In this document: piece by piece, positions 38,966 through 52,472 of the stretch | Position numbering within the stretch: the stretch's first letter is position 1 | Layout of the letters: each line of letters begins with the position of its first letter | Assembly: GCF_001194135.2 (NCBI RefSeq) | Contig: NC_068995.1 | Coordinates: forward strand, 53,353,740-53,417,739 | Direction of reading: 5' to 3' | Length of the DNA stretch: 64,000 nucleotides | Source: Octopus bimaculoides | Lineage: Eukaryota | The notes under the pieces: model-generated | Seen by the model: the letters and a program-made list of their open reading frames with translations, nothing else | What the model was told of the DNA's origin: nothing | Database searches by the model: none | Position numbers and translations under genes: made by a program

Positions 38966-39934
38966 CCCTAGACTGTAATGTTGTTTGAGAGGGATTCGGC
39001 TGCTATTTCTAGCAAGTTTAGCAACTGCATAGAGAGACAGAGAAACTTTAAAATACAAAGATCTGGAAATGGAGGTAACTTGAATGTGGAGTCTAAAGAA
39101 CAGAACCAATTCCTATCATAGTAGGCGCATTAGGTATGATAAAAATAATTCAGACAAACACATAACAAAAACACCAGGACTAACAAGTATATATAGCATA
39201 CAGAAAATGGCACTACTAGGCACTGCACATATCTTATATAAAACACTTTCAATACAGTGAAAATAAGAGCACCATAACAAACCACAGCACATACCCGAGG
39301 CACACAGAGCTGCGCTCGGTAGTGCAGTGAAATCACTTGATAAAAATAAGACTACTGAATGATAATAATAATAATAATGGTTCTTAGAAAATCATTTACG
39401 ATGACAGTAATGATTAATATTATAATAATTATAATAACGTAAAATATTATAATATTACATTGCATTTTCAGATAAATTTAGTTTTTACTGTTTATTTTTA
39501 ATCCTCAATCAATAATGTATTCTCCGTCGTTGTTCATGACTTTTAGCCAGTGTTTCACCGACTTGTTAATGTCATGATGGTAGAAATTGCCAGGTCATTT
39601 ACTTGAAAAATTCATCGAGCCACACTTTTAGCTCCATGTCAGTGTTGAATGAGATGCCTTGGAGAGTGACCAAAAAAGGGGATAATCTGAAGGTGCTTTA
39701 TCAGGAGGATATGGTGGATGGGGTAGAACTTTCTAACCAAGCTCTTGAATGGCATTTTTGGTAAAGTTGGTGACATGGGGGTGAGCATTGTTGTGTTGAA
39801 GAAGCTTGCTGTATCACTGGTTGGTTTGTTGTTGAGTTTGTCAGCTCCTTCCTCTACCAGGGCTCCACAGTCACCAACAATGGAGACCTGACCCTAGAAA
39901 CTAACTGTAGATATTGTCTGACCCCTGGGGTCAT

Positions 39935-40155
39935 GTACTCTCTATGGAAGCCCCTTTGGCACCAATGCTCTATCTCCTAGGAAGACGAAGCTCTGCATCT
40001 ACAATGCATCAACCCTCTCCATTTTCCTCTGTAGAGCAGAAATATGGCCCCTCTTGAAGATCCTGGCAAAGAAGATTGACAGCTTCAGTAGCAAAGCCCT
40101 GAGAACACTCAAGAACATCAGATGGTACCATTGTGTTTCCAACAAAAAACTGTGT
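39935..40155 (+). mobile_element. RTE-clade LINE fragment
   Basis: Reads TKLCIYNASTLSIFLCRAEIWPL...KIDSFSSKALRTLKNIRWYHCVSN, like RTE TKlriYna.vls.LLYg.EtW...I.W...vsN. Confidence 0.75.
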
Positions 40156-40759
40156 TGCCCCAGTATGGCCACAGTTTAAATGCCTGAAACCAGTAAAAGA
40201 TAAAAGACTAGTAATAAATTCATACCATGAAAGGTCACTGAAACCAGCTTCAGTCTCAGTGGACAGATCAGGTCATTTTACAGAATCACTTACAGATGCT
40301 GTGGTAGACTGCATGCTAAAGATTTGTTCCTCTAAGTTCCTTTAGGGTTAACAGAGGGTTTGAACCCATAATAATGTTCTGGGAATTGTCAAGGAAGCAC
40401 TGCATAGATTTTCAGATAAAGAAAAAAAAAAAAGAGAAAAAGAAAACTTTGGCTATTTTCCAAGAATACTTGACCTGGAAATGCCAGTTCATATTAAGCT
40501 GTAATAGACATAGCAATCTACATTGATAAAATCAGAACAAAGCCACCATATTCCACACACTCGTCCACCGTGCATGCATTAATGGTCTGTAGACTCATCG
40601 AGAACCGCTGGATATTGCATTTCCTGTTCTCTTCTTTTAGCATATCCATTATTTAAAATTATTATACAAATAAAACTTGCTAACATATGAGTCTTTATCT
40701 ATTGTGGGTGTATTTGTGTATGTATGTTTGTATGTGTATGTATATATATGTATATATAA

Positions 40760-40790
<31 letters not shown>

Positions 40791-40950
40791 ATCATTTATG
40801 TATATATGGATATAGTCATTATGCGTGCGTGTGTGTGCATATATACATATATGTGGATATCTACATACACCCACGCAATCATTAGATATTATCTATCCTA
40901 TCTATCTTTCTGTCTGTCTGTCTGTCTGTCTGTATGCTTCTGTCTATGTT

Positions 40951-41005
<55 letters not shown>

Positions 41006-41141
41006 CTCTAATGTAATGTTCATTACTTGTGTGTGTGTATATATGTATATATATATATAACCTGAGGGCTCTTATGGTACCTGCCTGGAAAATTTATCCC
41101 TATATACTCATTGTACATACATTCATGAATGCGTGTATTCA

Positions 41142-41175
<34 letters not shown>

Positions 41176-41189
41176 CATATATACATACA

Positions 41190-41600
41190 TGGTGATTGTC
41201 CATTCCTTATACAGAGTTTGACCACCTTCTGTACCTACACCTTAGCAACATCATGGCTTCTGATGTGGCTTTTTAACCCAGACAATGTTCTGAAAAGGTA
41301 CCCACATAGATTGCATATCCGATTTGGACCATCAGTACCTGCAGATAAGTTCTGATCTTTGTGGATCTTAAAATGTCTTTTGAGGCCTCCGTTGGATTTG
41401 CAAACCTTCTGGCATACACTGCATTGAAAGGTGTGCACAGACATAGAGGCAGAATAGTTGGTGGAGGTTCGTTTTCCATGGGTTCGCAGATGAGATTGGA
41501 GGCCTGCCAAAGAGAGGCATGTTCTGTCACAGACTGTGCACACACAATCATAGCTTTAATTGAGGGGATTCCTGCAGATGCAAGGACATCTGTGTTTGGA
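41190..41600 (-). mobile_element. Probable 3' end of an RTE-like LINE carrying three C2H2 zinc fingers (ORF 41235-41543)
   Basis: Three CxxC-x12-H-x3-H fingers with GLxSHxRxH-type signature; stop followed by a short tail and (TATG)n; in-frame stop just upstream and no convincing splice acceptor. Confidence 0.6.
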
Positions 41601-43179
41601 ATAAAAGAACATACATACATACATAGGAAAATCTTCTTTCAGTTTCCATCAACCAAATCCACTCACAAGGCTTTGGTCAGCCCTAGGTTATAGTAGAAGA
41701 CACTTGCCCAAGTGTGTGTGTATGTGTATAGATACAGTTCTGCGTTATTCGTGTAACAAAATTAACTTTGTTTCATAACTCTGGGAAATTGGAAAAAATA
41801 TGTATCAGTTATTTTCTGGGACCAACCTTATGACCTCCTTTTGTCTCATATGTGTAGCCTTGTACCCAACAAGAGAAATTATTATTTCTATCATTGGTGT
41901 GATGATGATGATGATCATCATCATCATTGTATCACTATCAATATGAGCATCATCACTACTATTCTGTTGCAGAATTAAAGCTTATGACTTTTGACAATAT
42001 CTACGGCATTTATTGACAAACGGAATTTTGCCCAGCAAAGACAAATACAAATATGCTGTCATTTATTTGCTTTGCTATAGACTATGCCCTGTTGTCTGAA
42101 TGACGTCCTGTTTGTTTGGTTTTATATAAAGCAGCATTTTGACAAGTTGTTTCAATAGTTATCTTTGATTCATGCTGTCATAAACTAGAGCGTGTTTNNN
42201 NNNNNNNNNNNNNNNNNNNNNNNNNNNNNNNNNNNNNNNNNNNNNNNNNNNNNNNNNNNNNNNNNNNNNNNNNNNNNNNNNNNNNNNNNNNNNNNNNNNN
42301 NNNNNNNNNNNNNNNNNNNNNNNNNNNNNNNNNNNNNNNNNNNNNNNNNNNNNNNNNNNNNNNNNNNNNNNNNNNNNNNNNNNNNNNNNNNNNNNNNNNN
42401 NNNNNNNNNNNNNNNNNNNNNNNNNNNNNNNNNNNNNNNNNNNNNNNNNNNNNNNNNNNNNNNNNNNNNNNNNNNNNNNNNNNNNNNNNNNNNNNNNNNN
42501 NNNNNNNNNNNNNNNNNNNNNNNNNNNNNNNNNNNNNNNNNNNNNNNNNNNNNNNNNNNNNNNNNNNNNNNNNNNNNNNNNNNNNNNNNNNNNNNNNNNN
42601 NNNNNNNNNNNNNNNNNNNNNNNNNNNNNNNNNNNNNNNNNNNNNNNNNNNNNNNNNNNNNNNNNNNNNNNNNNNNNNNNNNNNNNNNNNNNNNNNNNNN
42701 NNNNNNNNNNNNNNNNNNNNNNNNNNNNNNNNNNNNNNNNNNNNNNNNNNNNNNNNNNNNNNNNNNNNNNNNNNNNNNNNNNNNNNNNNNNNNNNNNNNN
42801 NNNNNNNNNNNNNNNNNNNNNNNNNNNNNNNNNNNNNNNNNNNNNNNNNNNNNNNNNNNNNNNNNNNNNNNNNNNNNNNNNNNNNNNNNNNNNNNNNNNN
42901 NNNNNNNNNNNNNNNNNNNNNNNNNNNNNNNNNNNNNNNNNNNNNNNNNNNNNNNNNNNNNNNNNNNNNNNNNNNNNNNTATATATATATATATGTATGT
43001 AAATATATAAAAACAAAAAGATAAAGAGAGCAAAGGTAATGTTGGAGAAGTATTTTATGGATAGAGTTTATATATATTACTACTCAACCCCCTCCCCTCG
43101 TACCGTGTCTCACAATCAAAGACAGCGTTTAAGTGTTTTATTTTAAAAGAAATCCGGTAGATTCAAGTCAGACACATAC

Positions 43180-43722
43180 ACACACACATTTCTGCACATA
43201 TACACCACACACACATGCATACATATATACGTACACATTGCATTCATAAATACCTTTCATTATCTCATATTCATACACTCATTTGTGCATACGTTACATG
43301 CATAGAAATATACATGCATGCATTGCATTATCTTATATGCATACTCATATGTACACACATACATTACATATATGCATACATACATACATGCATGAGCACA
43401 TACATATATACATTATCTTATATACATACACTCATTACATACATGCTTACATTACATATATATTCATACATTCACACATCTGTACATTACATACATACAG
43501 TATCTTACATATATACATACACTTATTACGTACATACATTACATATCTAGTCATGCATTCATATATACACACATACATACATTACATATATATATACATA
43601 TATTACATGCATATTCATACATTCAGACATATGTACATCACACACATACATATACACACACATACATATACACACACATACATACATACATACATACATA
43701 CATACATACATACATACATACA

Positions 43723-43756
<34 letters not shown>

Positions 43757-43780
43757 CACACATTATATACATTACATACA
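43180..43780. repeat. Long compound (TACA)n/(CA)n/(TA)n microsatellite, representative of many in the window
   Basis: Read directly; explains the His/Thr/Tyr/Ile pseudo-ORFs. Confidence 0.95.
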
Positions 43781-44490
43781 ACTGCCAACACAACCACTAT
43801 CTTCATTGCTAACAATACAGTTTAATCACCACCACCAATCACCACCATGACCACCACCACGAGCACCTCCCACCACTCCTCTGCTTTACTTACTGACTCC
43901 CTCCCAATACACTTAACACTACCACCAGAACTATTTGTTAAGAAACATCATCAATAATCTCCAGAAATGGATCAATGCCACAACAACAGCAAAGATAATG
44001 GTTTCCTTATCCTCTACTACACTCCTCCTCTTCCTCCTCCTTGCAACCCTTTTCTCCTCTTGCTACCCTCCCCCTCCTCCCTTTCCTACCACTACTCCCC
44101 TTCCTGCCACTCTTTTCCCTCCCTGTTGCCCCTCCCTCTCTGCACCCTCCCCCTTTCAACCAGCTTTCAATCATGAAATCTTGATTGTAATGACAAATCT
44201 TGCAAGATTTATTTTTTTATTTTATTCTGTCTGCTTGCCTCTATCTGCGTGTGTGCGTATGTGTGTGTGTGTGTGTGTATGTCCCTCTCTGCTGTTGCTT
44301 TAATCCTGATTTCTTTTGACTTTCTGCAAGACTAAATTTATTTATTTAGTCGGGAGGCTGTGTATAGTCAGCTTAATTGACCTTCGTTTATTACTGGTAT
44401 TTATTTAATGGGGTCAGTTTTTTTTTTATATTTAGAGCAGTGTGGCAGGATCTTTTTGCAGGGACTTTGAAAATTGGTCAGCAGTTGGAA

Positions 44491-44655
44491 ATACCCTCCA
44501 GCCTTCATCGGGTGCCTTGGGGAAATTTTGAATCTGGGTTCTCATCCCTAAGGTATTTTTTGATGTTATTATTATTCAGGTCACTGCCTGGAATCGAACT
44601 TGGAATCTTGAGGTTAGTAGCCAGCGCTCTTAACCACTATGCCATATGCCCGTGG
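44491..44655 (-). mobile_element. tRNA-headed hammerhead SINE-like element, 3'-truncated copy
   Basis: Full head (ggcatatggcatagtggttaagagcg...aagttcgattcc), short (AAT)n and body; hammerhead core mutated to CCGAUGA and sequence ends in the helix II loop. Confidence 0.75.
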
Positions 44656-46418
44656 GTACAATAATATAACTCATCCCTCAGTGTATCACTGGTACTCAAT
44701 TTACCACATCCCTTCCCCTTCTCATGGGATGAAAAGCAAAACAGACACGAGTGAGATTTCTGTTCACCATCTAAAAGGAATGGCATTAAATACTCTCAGG
44801 AATCTAATCCGTCTCATAACTGTTCTTGTCACTCATCATCCTAAATACCCATGAAGATATCTAGTTTGGTGCTTCGCTAATCCTGTTGACTCACAAACAT
44901 TTTAGAACATCGATTGCTTTTTTTTGTGTTTATTCTTCAATTTTTTTGACTCGTCATTTTGGTAGCAGAGAGAGGAAATGACGTGGGAATATTTCTTTAA
45001 GCTTTCTCCTGTAAGATAAGTGTTCTAAAGGAAATTTATGGTTTCATTTGGGAATTAAAACTGGATTGGCTGATGTGGATTAGAGTAATCTCACTACATT
45101 TGCATTTACTCAAGTTGCTTCTAGAAATAACAACCAAATCTCCCTCAAATCACACTCTGCTGTCTTTCACACTGCCCCTTGAGAGCAAAGGAGATGATGG
45201 TCATATCTGGAATAGCTTGCTGTTAGTTTTGGCTTGTTCAAACTGACCTTGGGTTGAACAGCAACGGTGTTAGTTTGCTTGTTTTTGCTCCTCTAAACCA
45301 GACAAGGGCAGCCCTTTTTGAGAAGCAGCCTGCATGAGATGTGACTCATTGTCAGGTGGGTCACACGACTAGGAAAAAAAAAAAAAAATTGCTGCCATTC
45401 AGAAAGTTCTCTGAGTCTCAGTTTGCTGTTGACTGCCTTAAGCTGTCCTACTCTTAACCCTATCTAGTTTCAGGTTGAAAGCTGCGGTCATACTGGGACA
45501 CCACTGTTTAAAAAAGTAAGAACAAATCCTGAAAGGCATTTTAGACTGACGCTTTAATGGTTCTGCCATTTACTTTCTGTGTCTGGTATCCTTCAAATGA
45601 CACCACAAGTCCTTCAGTGTTCACATAAGCTTTATGTTTGCTGTGATAAGAGAGTTTCTACATCGTCACTTGACCTGCAGGAAATAACCATTAAGTCTCC
45701 TTCAAATTCATATTTCAACAACTTAAAAAAATGATAAAATTAGAAAATGTATTCCAGAAGACAGGATGGTCATGGCTAGAACACCTTCAATCATAACTTA
45801 GCTTGGTCAACATTGAATTTTTGGTTAAGCAACAACATCTTCTGGTCTGATACAGCTTCTCTTTGCTCTTTCTTTCTTTCTTAGGACTTATTTCTGCTCT
45901 AAAGTATTTTCCTAGTGAGTACCTCCACCATCCAACAGCATGGATTGTGTGTATTTTATTGTGTTACTGGCTTTAGGTTTTCTGTGGCAGAACCAAAGAA
46001 TCCCTTCTAAATTGGGTCAACTCTTATTCTGAGTTACTACTCCATTGATCACACATACTCACATGCACACACGCACAAATACATTGTAGTTGCCAGCTCA
46101 CAGACAAGTGCAGCCTTTCCTGATAAATTCAAGACAGTGGTTATCAGCAATGCAGTACTGAAAGTGAAAGTAAATGACACTTTAACACATAAATAACTCG
46201 CTTAAGTTTGGATTACAAGAAAATCTTTTACAAATTGTTGTAGGACCCTCAACTGGTACAAATAAATCTAATAGAATGTTCTATAAACTTGCATAACACT
46301 GATGGGGTTCTCACCTCCAAAGCCAAGAAGTTCAGAAACAAATAAGAACCAGATCTTTGGTTTTGCAATGCGGTACAGGTTATTTTGGCTTTCCTTTCTC
46401 TGAGAGAGATGTCTAAAG

Positions 46419-46607
46419 CAGGGGTCGCCAAACTTTTTCGACCATCGACCCCCTTTAGCCACTTCTCCTTCCACATTGACCACCCTCTTTATTTAAAATG
46501 GTACTGACTAGGTATTTCAAGCAGTCCATCTGGGTAAGCTGGTCTTTCGCACACCGACTCCCATTCGACCCCTTGTAATTTCTCTCCAGCCCCTAAGGGA
46601 ACCCCTG
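46419..46607. mobile_element. hAT-type MITE
   Basis: Ends caggggtcgcc/gggaacccctg; TSD gtctaaag/gtctaaac (7/8). Confidence 0.8.
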
Positions 46608-47626
46608 GTCTAAACGAAGACTAGGTCTCTCCCACTCTCAGCTGTTGGATGGTCATTGACCCTACTGAATTCATATGTCCTTTGAGAGGTTTTACTTTCT
46701 GTCCTGTAGGCTGTCCAATGAAAATCTGCCTCCTTATTTTGCTAAGGCTTGGTTGGGTTGCCAGGTTAGTTTCCAATGGCTTTACTATGCAACAGTCTGT
46801 ATTGGGTTACATGTTATCAGTAGCACTAAGAGTGACCTGACAACACACACATACACATACATACATACCTACACACATGCATACACATACACATTCATAC
46901 ACACACATATATATACTCACACACACATACATACATAGCGTCGCCGTTTAGTCTATTCAAAATAGTAACCAAATCTCCTTAAATTATTACTAATTATTTG
47001 ATTATTTGTTGCTGTATGGTGGCCTCATTATTGACTTGTAACTTTACTGTTGGGTGTGGTTTTATTGCTATCCTTATTTAACCCCAGGCCAGCCCTAATC
47101 CTGCAGAGCTATGGTAACAACAGTCGAGTTATGAACATCCTGTCTTCCTAAAGATGTCCTTTCTTTCTTAATATGATAGAGCTTCATTTGAAGGAGATTT
47201 GGTTGCTATTTCTTGCCAGTTGAGCAATCATATAAAGGCTCCCCTTGGCAGTTGTTGTTGATGTTGAATTTGTTGATTTGTAACTGTTGTTGAGTGTGGC
47301 ATAGTGGTTAAGGGTGTTGGATTCATGATCGTAAGATTGTGGTTTCAGTTCCTGGACTGGGTATCACATTCTGTTCTTGAGCAAAACCCTTCATTTTATG
47401 TTGCTCCAGTCCACTCAGCTGGCAAAAAAGAGTAATCCTGCGATGGACTAGCTTCCCGTCCAGGTGGGGACTATATCTGCCATTGAAATTGGGAAACTGG
47501 CCCTTATGAGCCTGGCATCGTTCAAGAAGAAAACATTAATTTCACCATTATCTGTTGTTGATGCTGATGTTGTAGCTGTTGTCAGTGTGTTTGTTCAGTT
47601 CTGTATTTAAGAGATGAAGAATTATC

Positions 47627-47730
47627 TACATTATTTACATTTGATGGATATATGTCCACTGGCATACGGTGTAGTGGTTAAAAGCGCGAGCTACTAACCC
47701 CAAGATTCCGAGTTCGATTCCAGGCAGTAA

Positions 47731-47768
<38 letters not shown>

Positions 47769-47906
47769 TCGAAAGATACCTTAGGAATGAGAACCCAGGT
47801 TCGAAATTTCCCCAAGACACCTGATGAAGGCTGGAGAGTTTATCAGCCGAAATGTGTTAACAACAAACAAGATGAGGACAAATATCCATCAAATGTAAAT
47901 AATGTA
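47627..47906 (+). mobile_element. tRNA-headed hammerhead SINE-like element with inverted copy of its tail at the 5' end
   Basis: 47627-47657 is the reverse complement of 47876-47906 (30/31 match). Head with A and B boxes at 47661-47732; (AAT)n; hammerhead at 47816-47858 lacking the CGU of helix III. Confidence 0.82.
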
Positions 47907-48003
47907 GTGTGTTTGTTGTTGTTGATGTTTTCACTTTATAGACAGACAGATTGTAATATCGATATTCTTTCGCTTATGTTTCAGTGGTAGCCACGCTGAA
48001 AAG

Positions 48004-48235
48004 ATGTCCAGCGAAGTGAATAACTCCGATACCCCCTGCGCCGGCCTAGACGAATGGCCTGGTCAGATGATACATCAGGCAGCCATCTACAACAACAGTG
48101 AGTTGATGCAGTGTCTACTGGAAGGAGACGAGTTGGCAAATGTTAACCAATTAGATAGCAGTGGTCGGACAGCTGTCTATACTGCAGTGACAAATAACAG
48201 TGTTGATTGTCTCAAATGGCTCATACATTATGGAG
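48004..48235 (+). CDS. LRRK1-like: LRRK exon, N-terminal ankyrin repeats (MSSEVNNSD...LKWLIHYG)
   Basis: ATG at 48004; acceptor tgtttcag at 47983-84; donor G|gtaaat at 48236. The frame is also open from 47986, so an N-terminal extension from an upstream exon is possible. Confidence 0.85.
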
Positions 48236-48472
48236 GTAAATAATGTCCAGCAACTTTGCTGCTTAGCTTTCCATTTTTTTTTTATATTTATTACTTTTGT
48301 GTTTTGGTTTCCATGTTTTCCTTTTCTCAATTTTCTTGCTACAGTCTGTGTGACCTGACAACTTAACTCATTAGATAATTAATTCTCTCATTATTGAAAT
48401 TTAGTTTTGCCTCTCTTTCAAGTTCTCCCCATTGAATAGATATAGATCATAGTAAGCATATACATACATATC

Positions 48473-48527
<55 letters not shown>

Positions 48528-48591
48528 CTATATATATATGTATTGTATATATCATCATCATCATCGGTTAACGTCTGCCTTCCATGCTCGC

Positions 48592-48623
<32 letters not shown>

Positions 48624-49322
48624 ATATATGTATATATATATATATATACATGTATATATGTCTGTATATGTGCACATATGAACGCACGTGTGTGTATTTA
48701 TTGAAATGATGGCATTTACAAGACTAGTCATGGTTGTTTGAAGTTTTGCACTCATCTGATAATTTTGAAATTTGAAAGAAGTATGACCATGTTGGTACTA
48801 TCATTTGAATAAACACACATACACACACATATGTATGTATGTATGTATGTATGTATATATATATAGGAAAATGAAGAATAAGGCAGAATGCTAAACCGGA
48901 AGCATATTTCAATAAAGATTTCTCACTGGCTTTCATTGCGAAGCAAATTTTCAAGAAGGAGAATGGAAATGTTTTTTACAAAGAAGTTCAAAATGAAGAA
49001 AATAATATATAAAAAAAATAATATATAAAAAAATAACTATACCAATAGATTATATTGTCTTTGAGCTTTTGAAGTTCAATGGTAATCCATGTAGATAATA
49101 GTTGGAAAAATAAGGATGCATGAGAGTTGAGAGTTGTGTTAGGTTTAACAGAAGGGTTAAAAGTTTGTGTTAAGCAGGAAGTGTGGTGTCAAAACAGGAA
49201 GTGTGTGTAAGGGGAGACAAATGTTTTTAGTTGGAGTTATGAACTCTTTTTCAACAGGAACTTCAACTAAAAACATTTGTCTCCCAGCATGGCCGCAGTC
49301 AAATGACTGAAACAAATAAATG

Positions 49323-49386
<64 letters not shown>

Positions 49387-50188
49387 TATATATAGATATA
49401 TTTGTTTGTTTGTCTCTCCACCATTGCTTGACAACCGATGTTGGTGTATTTATGTCCCTGTAACTTAGCGGTTTGGCAACAGAGACCGATGCAATAAGTA
49501 CTAGGCTTACAAAGAGTAAGTCCAGGGATCGGTTTCTTTGATTAAAATGTTGTGCTCCAGCGTGGCCACAGTCAAAATGACTGGCACAAGGAAAAAAATA
49601 AAAGAATCCCACACAATTTTTTTTGTTTTGTTTAGTATTATTTAAAAAAGGGCTCTTGTGCAGGTCTTGTTTTTTTGAGTTGGTAGACCATTAATGGTGT
49701 GCAGTTAAGAAGCTGGTTTATTGATTGGTTTTTGCGTTTCAGAAAGAGAATGAAGTTTATATTTAGCAGATTCTGATAGACAGTCCAAAGTGTAATGGCG
49801 GAAGAGAGACACGGAGTGGATATTATAATATTTCTTTGCGTGCTCACAGACCATCGAAAGCTAAAGCAAACATTGAGATGGTGTGATGGAAAGAATCCTA
49901 CTTTACTGACTGATCTTAAGTCTTGCAGAGAGAAGGCTGCACATTTATTTCTGTGTGCATATGTGTGTGTGTGTGTATGTGTGTATAAATGTATATATAT
50001 GAATACACACAAATGCATGTGTCAGTATTTATATATTTATTTAAGCACACACATACACATGCACACATGTATATATATTGATATACACACACTCACACGC
50101 AAATATATAATAACTTATGTGTGTGTGTATATATACATACACATACATACATACACATACGTACGTGTATACTTGCTTGTATGTGTGT

Positions 50189-50236
<48 letters not shown>

Positions 50237-50438
50237 TATCATGTCTACTGAATAAATGTCACATATTTTTGCAGATATATATATATTTATATATATACAT
50301 ACATACATACATATATGTATCCATATGTATGTACATATTTGCATGTGTATGTGTGTGTGTGTGTATATATATATAAGCCTGCATATTTTTACACACATGC
50401 ATATACATACATATTACATATCTATCTATCTATCTATC

Positions 50439-50474
<36 letters not shown>

Positions 50475-52436
50475 TAATTGCACACATGTGTATTCAATAT
50501 GTATTCAGCAGTTTTTGGCAGGGCCCATTAAATCAAAATAATGGTGGTAGAGTGGAGAAACAGTGAGGAAGAAGATTGGATGTCATAAGCATTTTTTTTG
50601 CTTCCTACTCATAAACCATTGAAAATTAGAGACAACATTGATGATGCGATGAAGATAAACTTGTTATTGGTTGATTTTATGTTTGGTTGGAGAGGAGAAC
50701 ATTAATTTATATCTACATATAGAACAGCCTAGGAAACAGAGGCCATCTGTCATGGAGATGGCAGAAGTGGAGTGGATGTTTATGTAAAGTGAGATGGACT
50801 GACCTGTTAAGAGTTAAATGTTTTGGCTATGATTTTGTTCAACACTTAATGATGGAGATGCAAGCAGCTGACTCCGAGTTAACTTTGTGTTGTGTCCATT
50901 CATCATCAACATTGTTTTAACATCCACTTTTTCATGCTGGTATGGGTCAGATGGAATTTACTGAGGTGGATTTTCTATGGCTGGATGCCCCCTTTTTGTC
51001 ACTAATCTTTATCTGTTTCTAGGGCCATTGCTAAGCCCCTGCAAACCCTGTGGTCACAAGGGGCCCTCACGGTTGAAGGGCCCCATGTTAAGATCAGAGT
51101 ATGTAGATGAGTCCTCTATTTACATTGGTTAAGATGTCGAACAAGAATTAAACTATGTTAACTGAAAAATTCATGAAATAAAATGGTAATACATTGTACC
51201 TGCAAAAATTCTTGCCAAAATATTACATTGTACCACAAACGTGAACCAGACTTTGTGGATTATTTATGATATCAATTGAACACGAGCTTAGCTTTCAGCA
51301 TAATTATTCTGATTGATGATTTCATAAAGAGAAACGTGTGCCATGTTTGTCTTTGAAAGTTGCCTGGATTATAAAAAGTGCACTTTTATCCATATTTGGA
51401 AGTTTTACTTTTTGAAATTTGTAGTACATACTTCCAAATGTACATACTTCTAAAAGTACATACTTCCAAATGTATGTCTAGTCTCTTACAACCCTCCACC
51501 ACAACTTTGTATCAATTACAATCTGTGTACATGAATTAATTACTAAAATTTTTAATGTAAAGTGATATTAGAAATTATTAAAAAAACAGTATTAGTCTGA
51601 AGAGAGAAACAGACCAAAGTGATGGAGGAGGTAAGCTGTGTATGTGTTCAGGATTTTATACATAATGACAGCGATTTTATACATAATGTACATACATATG
51701 TATACATACATGAATGTATATGTGTATGAGAGAGAAAGAAAGAGAAAAAATGATTTAATATTTTATATAATTAATTACAAAAGCTTTAATTATTTTCAGC
51801 TAATCTGAACCTTCCGGGAGGCCCCAAATGTCACAACAATGTAAGTCTGTTTATATTTGTTGATTTTTGTTGTAGTTTAAAAGCTGCCAGTAGAAAGTGC
51901 CATCCAAAATAATTGTTGTTTTTTTCCCTACTTATCATTCTTCTGTTGCTGTTCACTGCTCGAGTAGAGACCTCTCTACTTTATGTTGTTTGCTGTTTGT
52001 TCATGCTCTGGCAAGACTAAAAAGAGTACTGTCTTCCCTGCATTGTCTCTAAGAGTGTGACAGAAGGAAGAAGTATTTGAGAGAGAAAGAGGGAGAGATA
52101 GATAGATAGAGATTGAAAAAGAGTAATTGACAGCTACATGATGGTTGTTGGTGAGGAGACTGAATGAAATCTTTATAACTGAGAGGAGTGACGGAAAAGA
52201 GAGGATAACAGAAGAGGAAGTATTAGAAGAGATCCAGCATGATAAAAGTGAAAAGGAAGGTGTAATAGGAAACAAATAGAGAGAGGGAGACAACTACCAT
52301 GATGTTTTTGGTAAGGAAATTTTGACTGAAATAGTATGATCAATGTAATGGGGCAAGCGAGAGTGACAGATTGGAGGCAGGGTGGTGGAATAAAAAATAA
52401 GGAACATGTGAAAGGAAAAGAGGTAGATGTCTGCTC

Positions 52437-52472
<36 letters not shown>

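Noticed and set aside
41235-41543. Host C2H2 transcription factor gene
   Set aside because: In-frame stop a few codons upstream, no good acceptor, non-canonical linkers and a LINE-like tail; kept as a mobile-element fragment with moderate confidence.
1915-43825. Long ORFs rich in X or in Y/I/H/T/C/V
   Set aside because: Produced by N-gaps and dinucleotide/tetranucleotide microsatellites that lack stop codons.
47661-47732. Functional tRNA gene (Ser-like loop CTACTAA)
   Set aside because: Acceptor and T stems do not pair well, and the sequence continues into a repeat body shared with two other copies; it is a SINE head.
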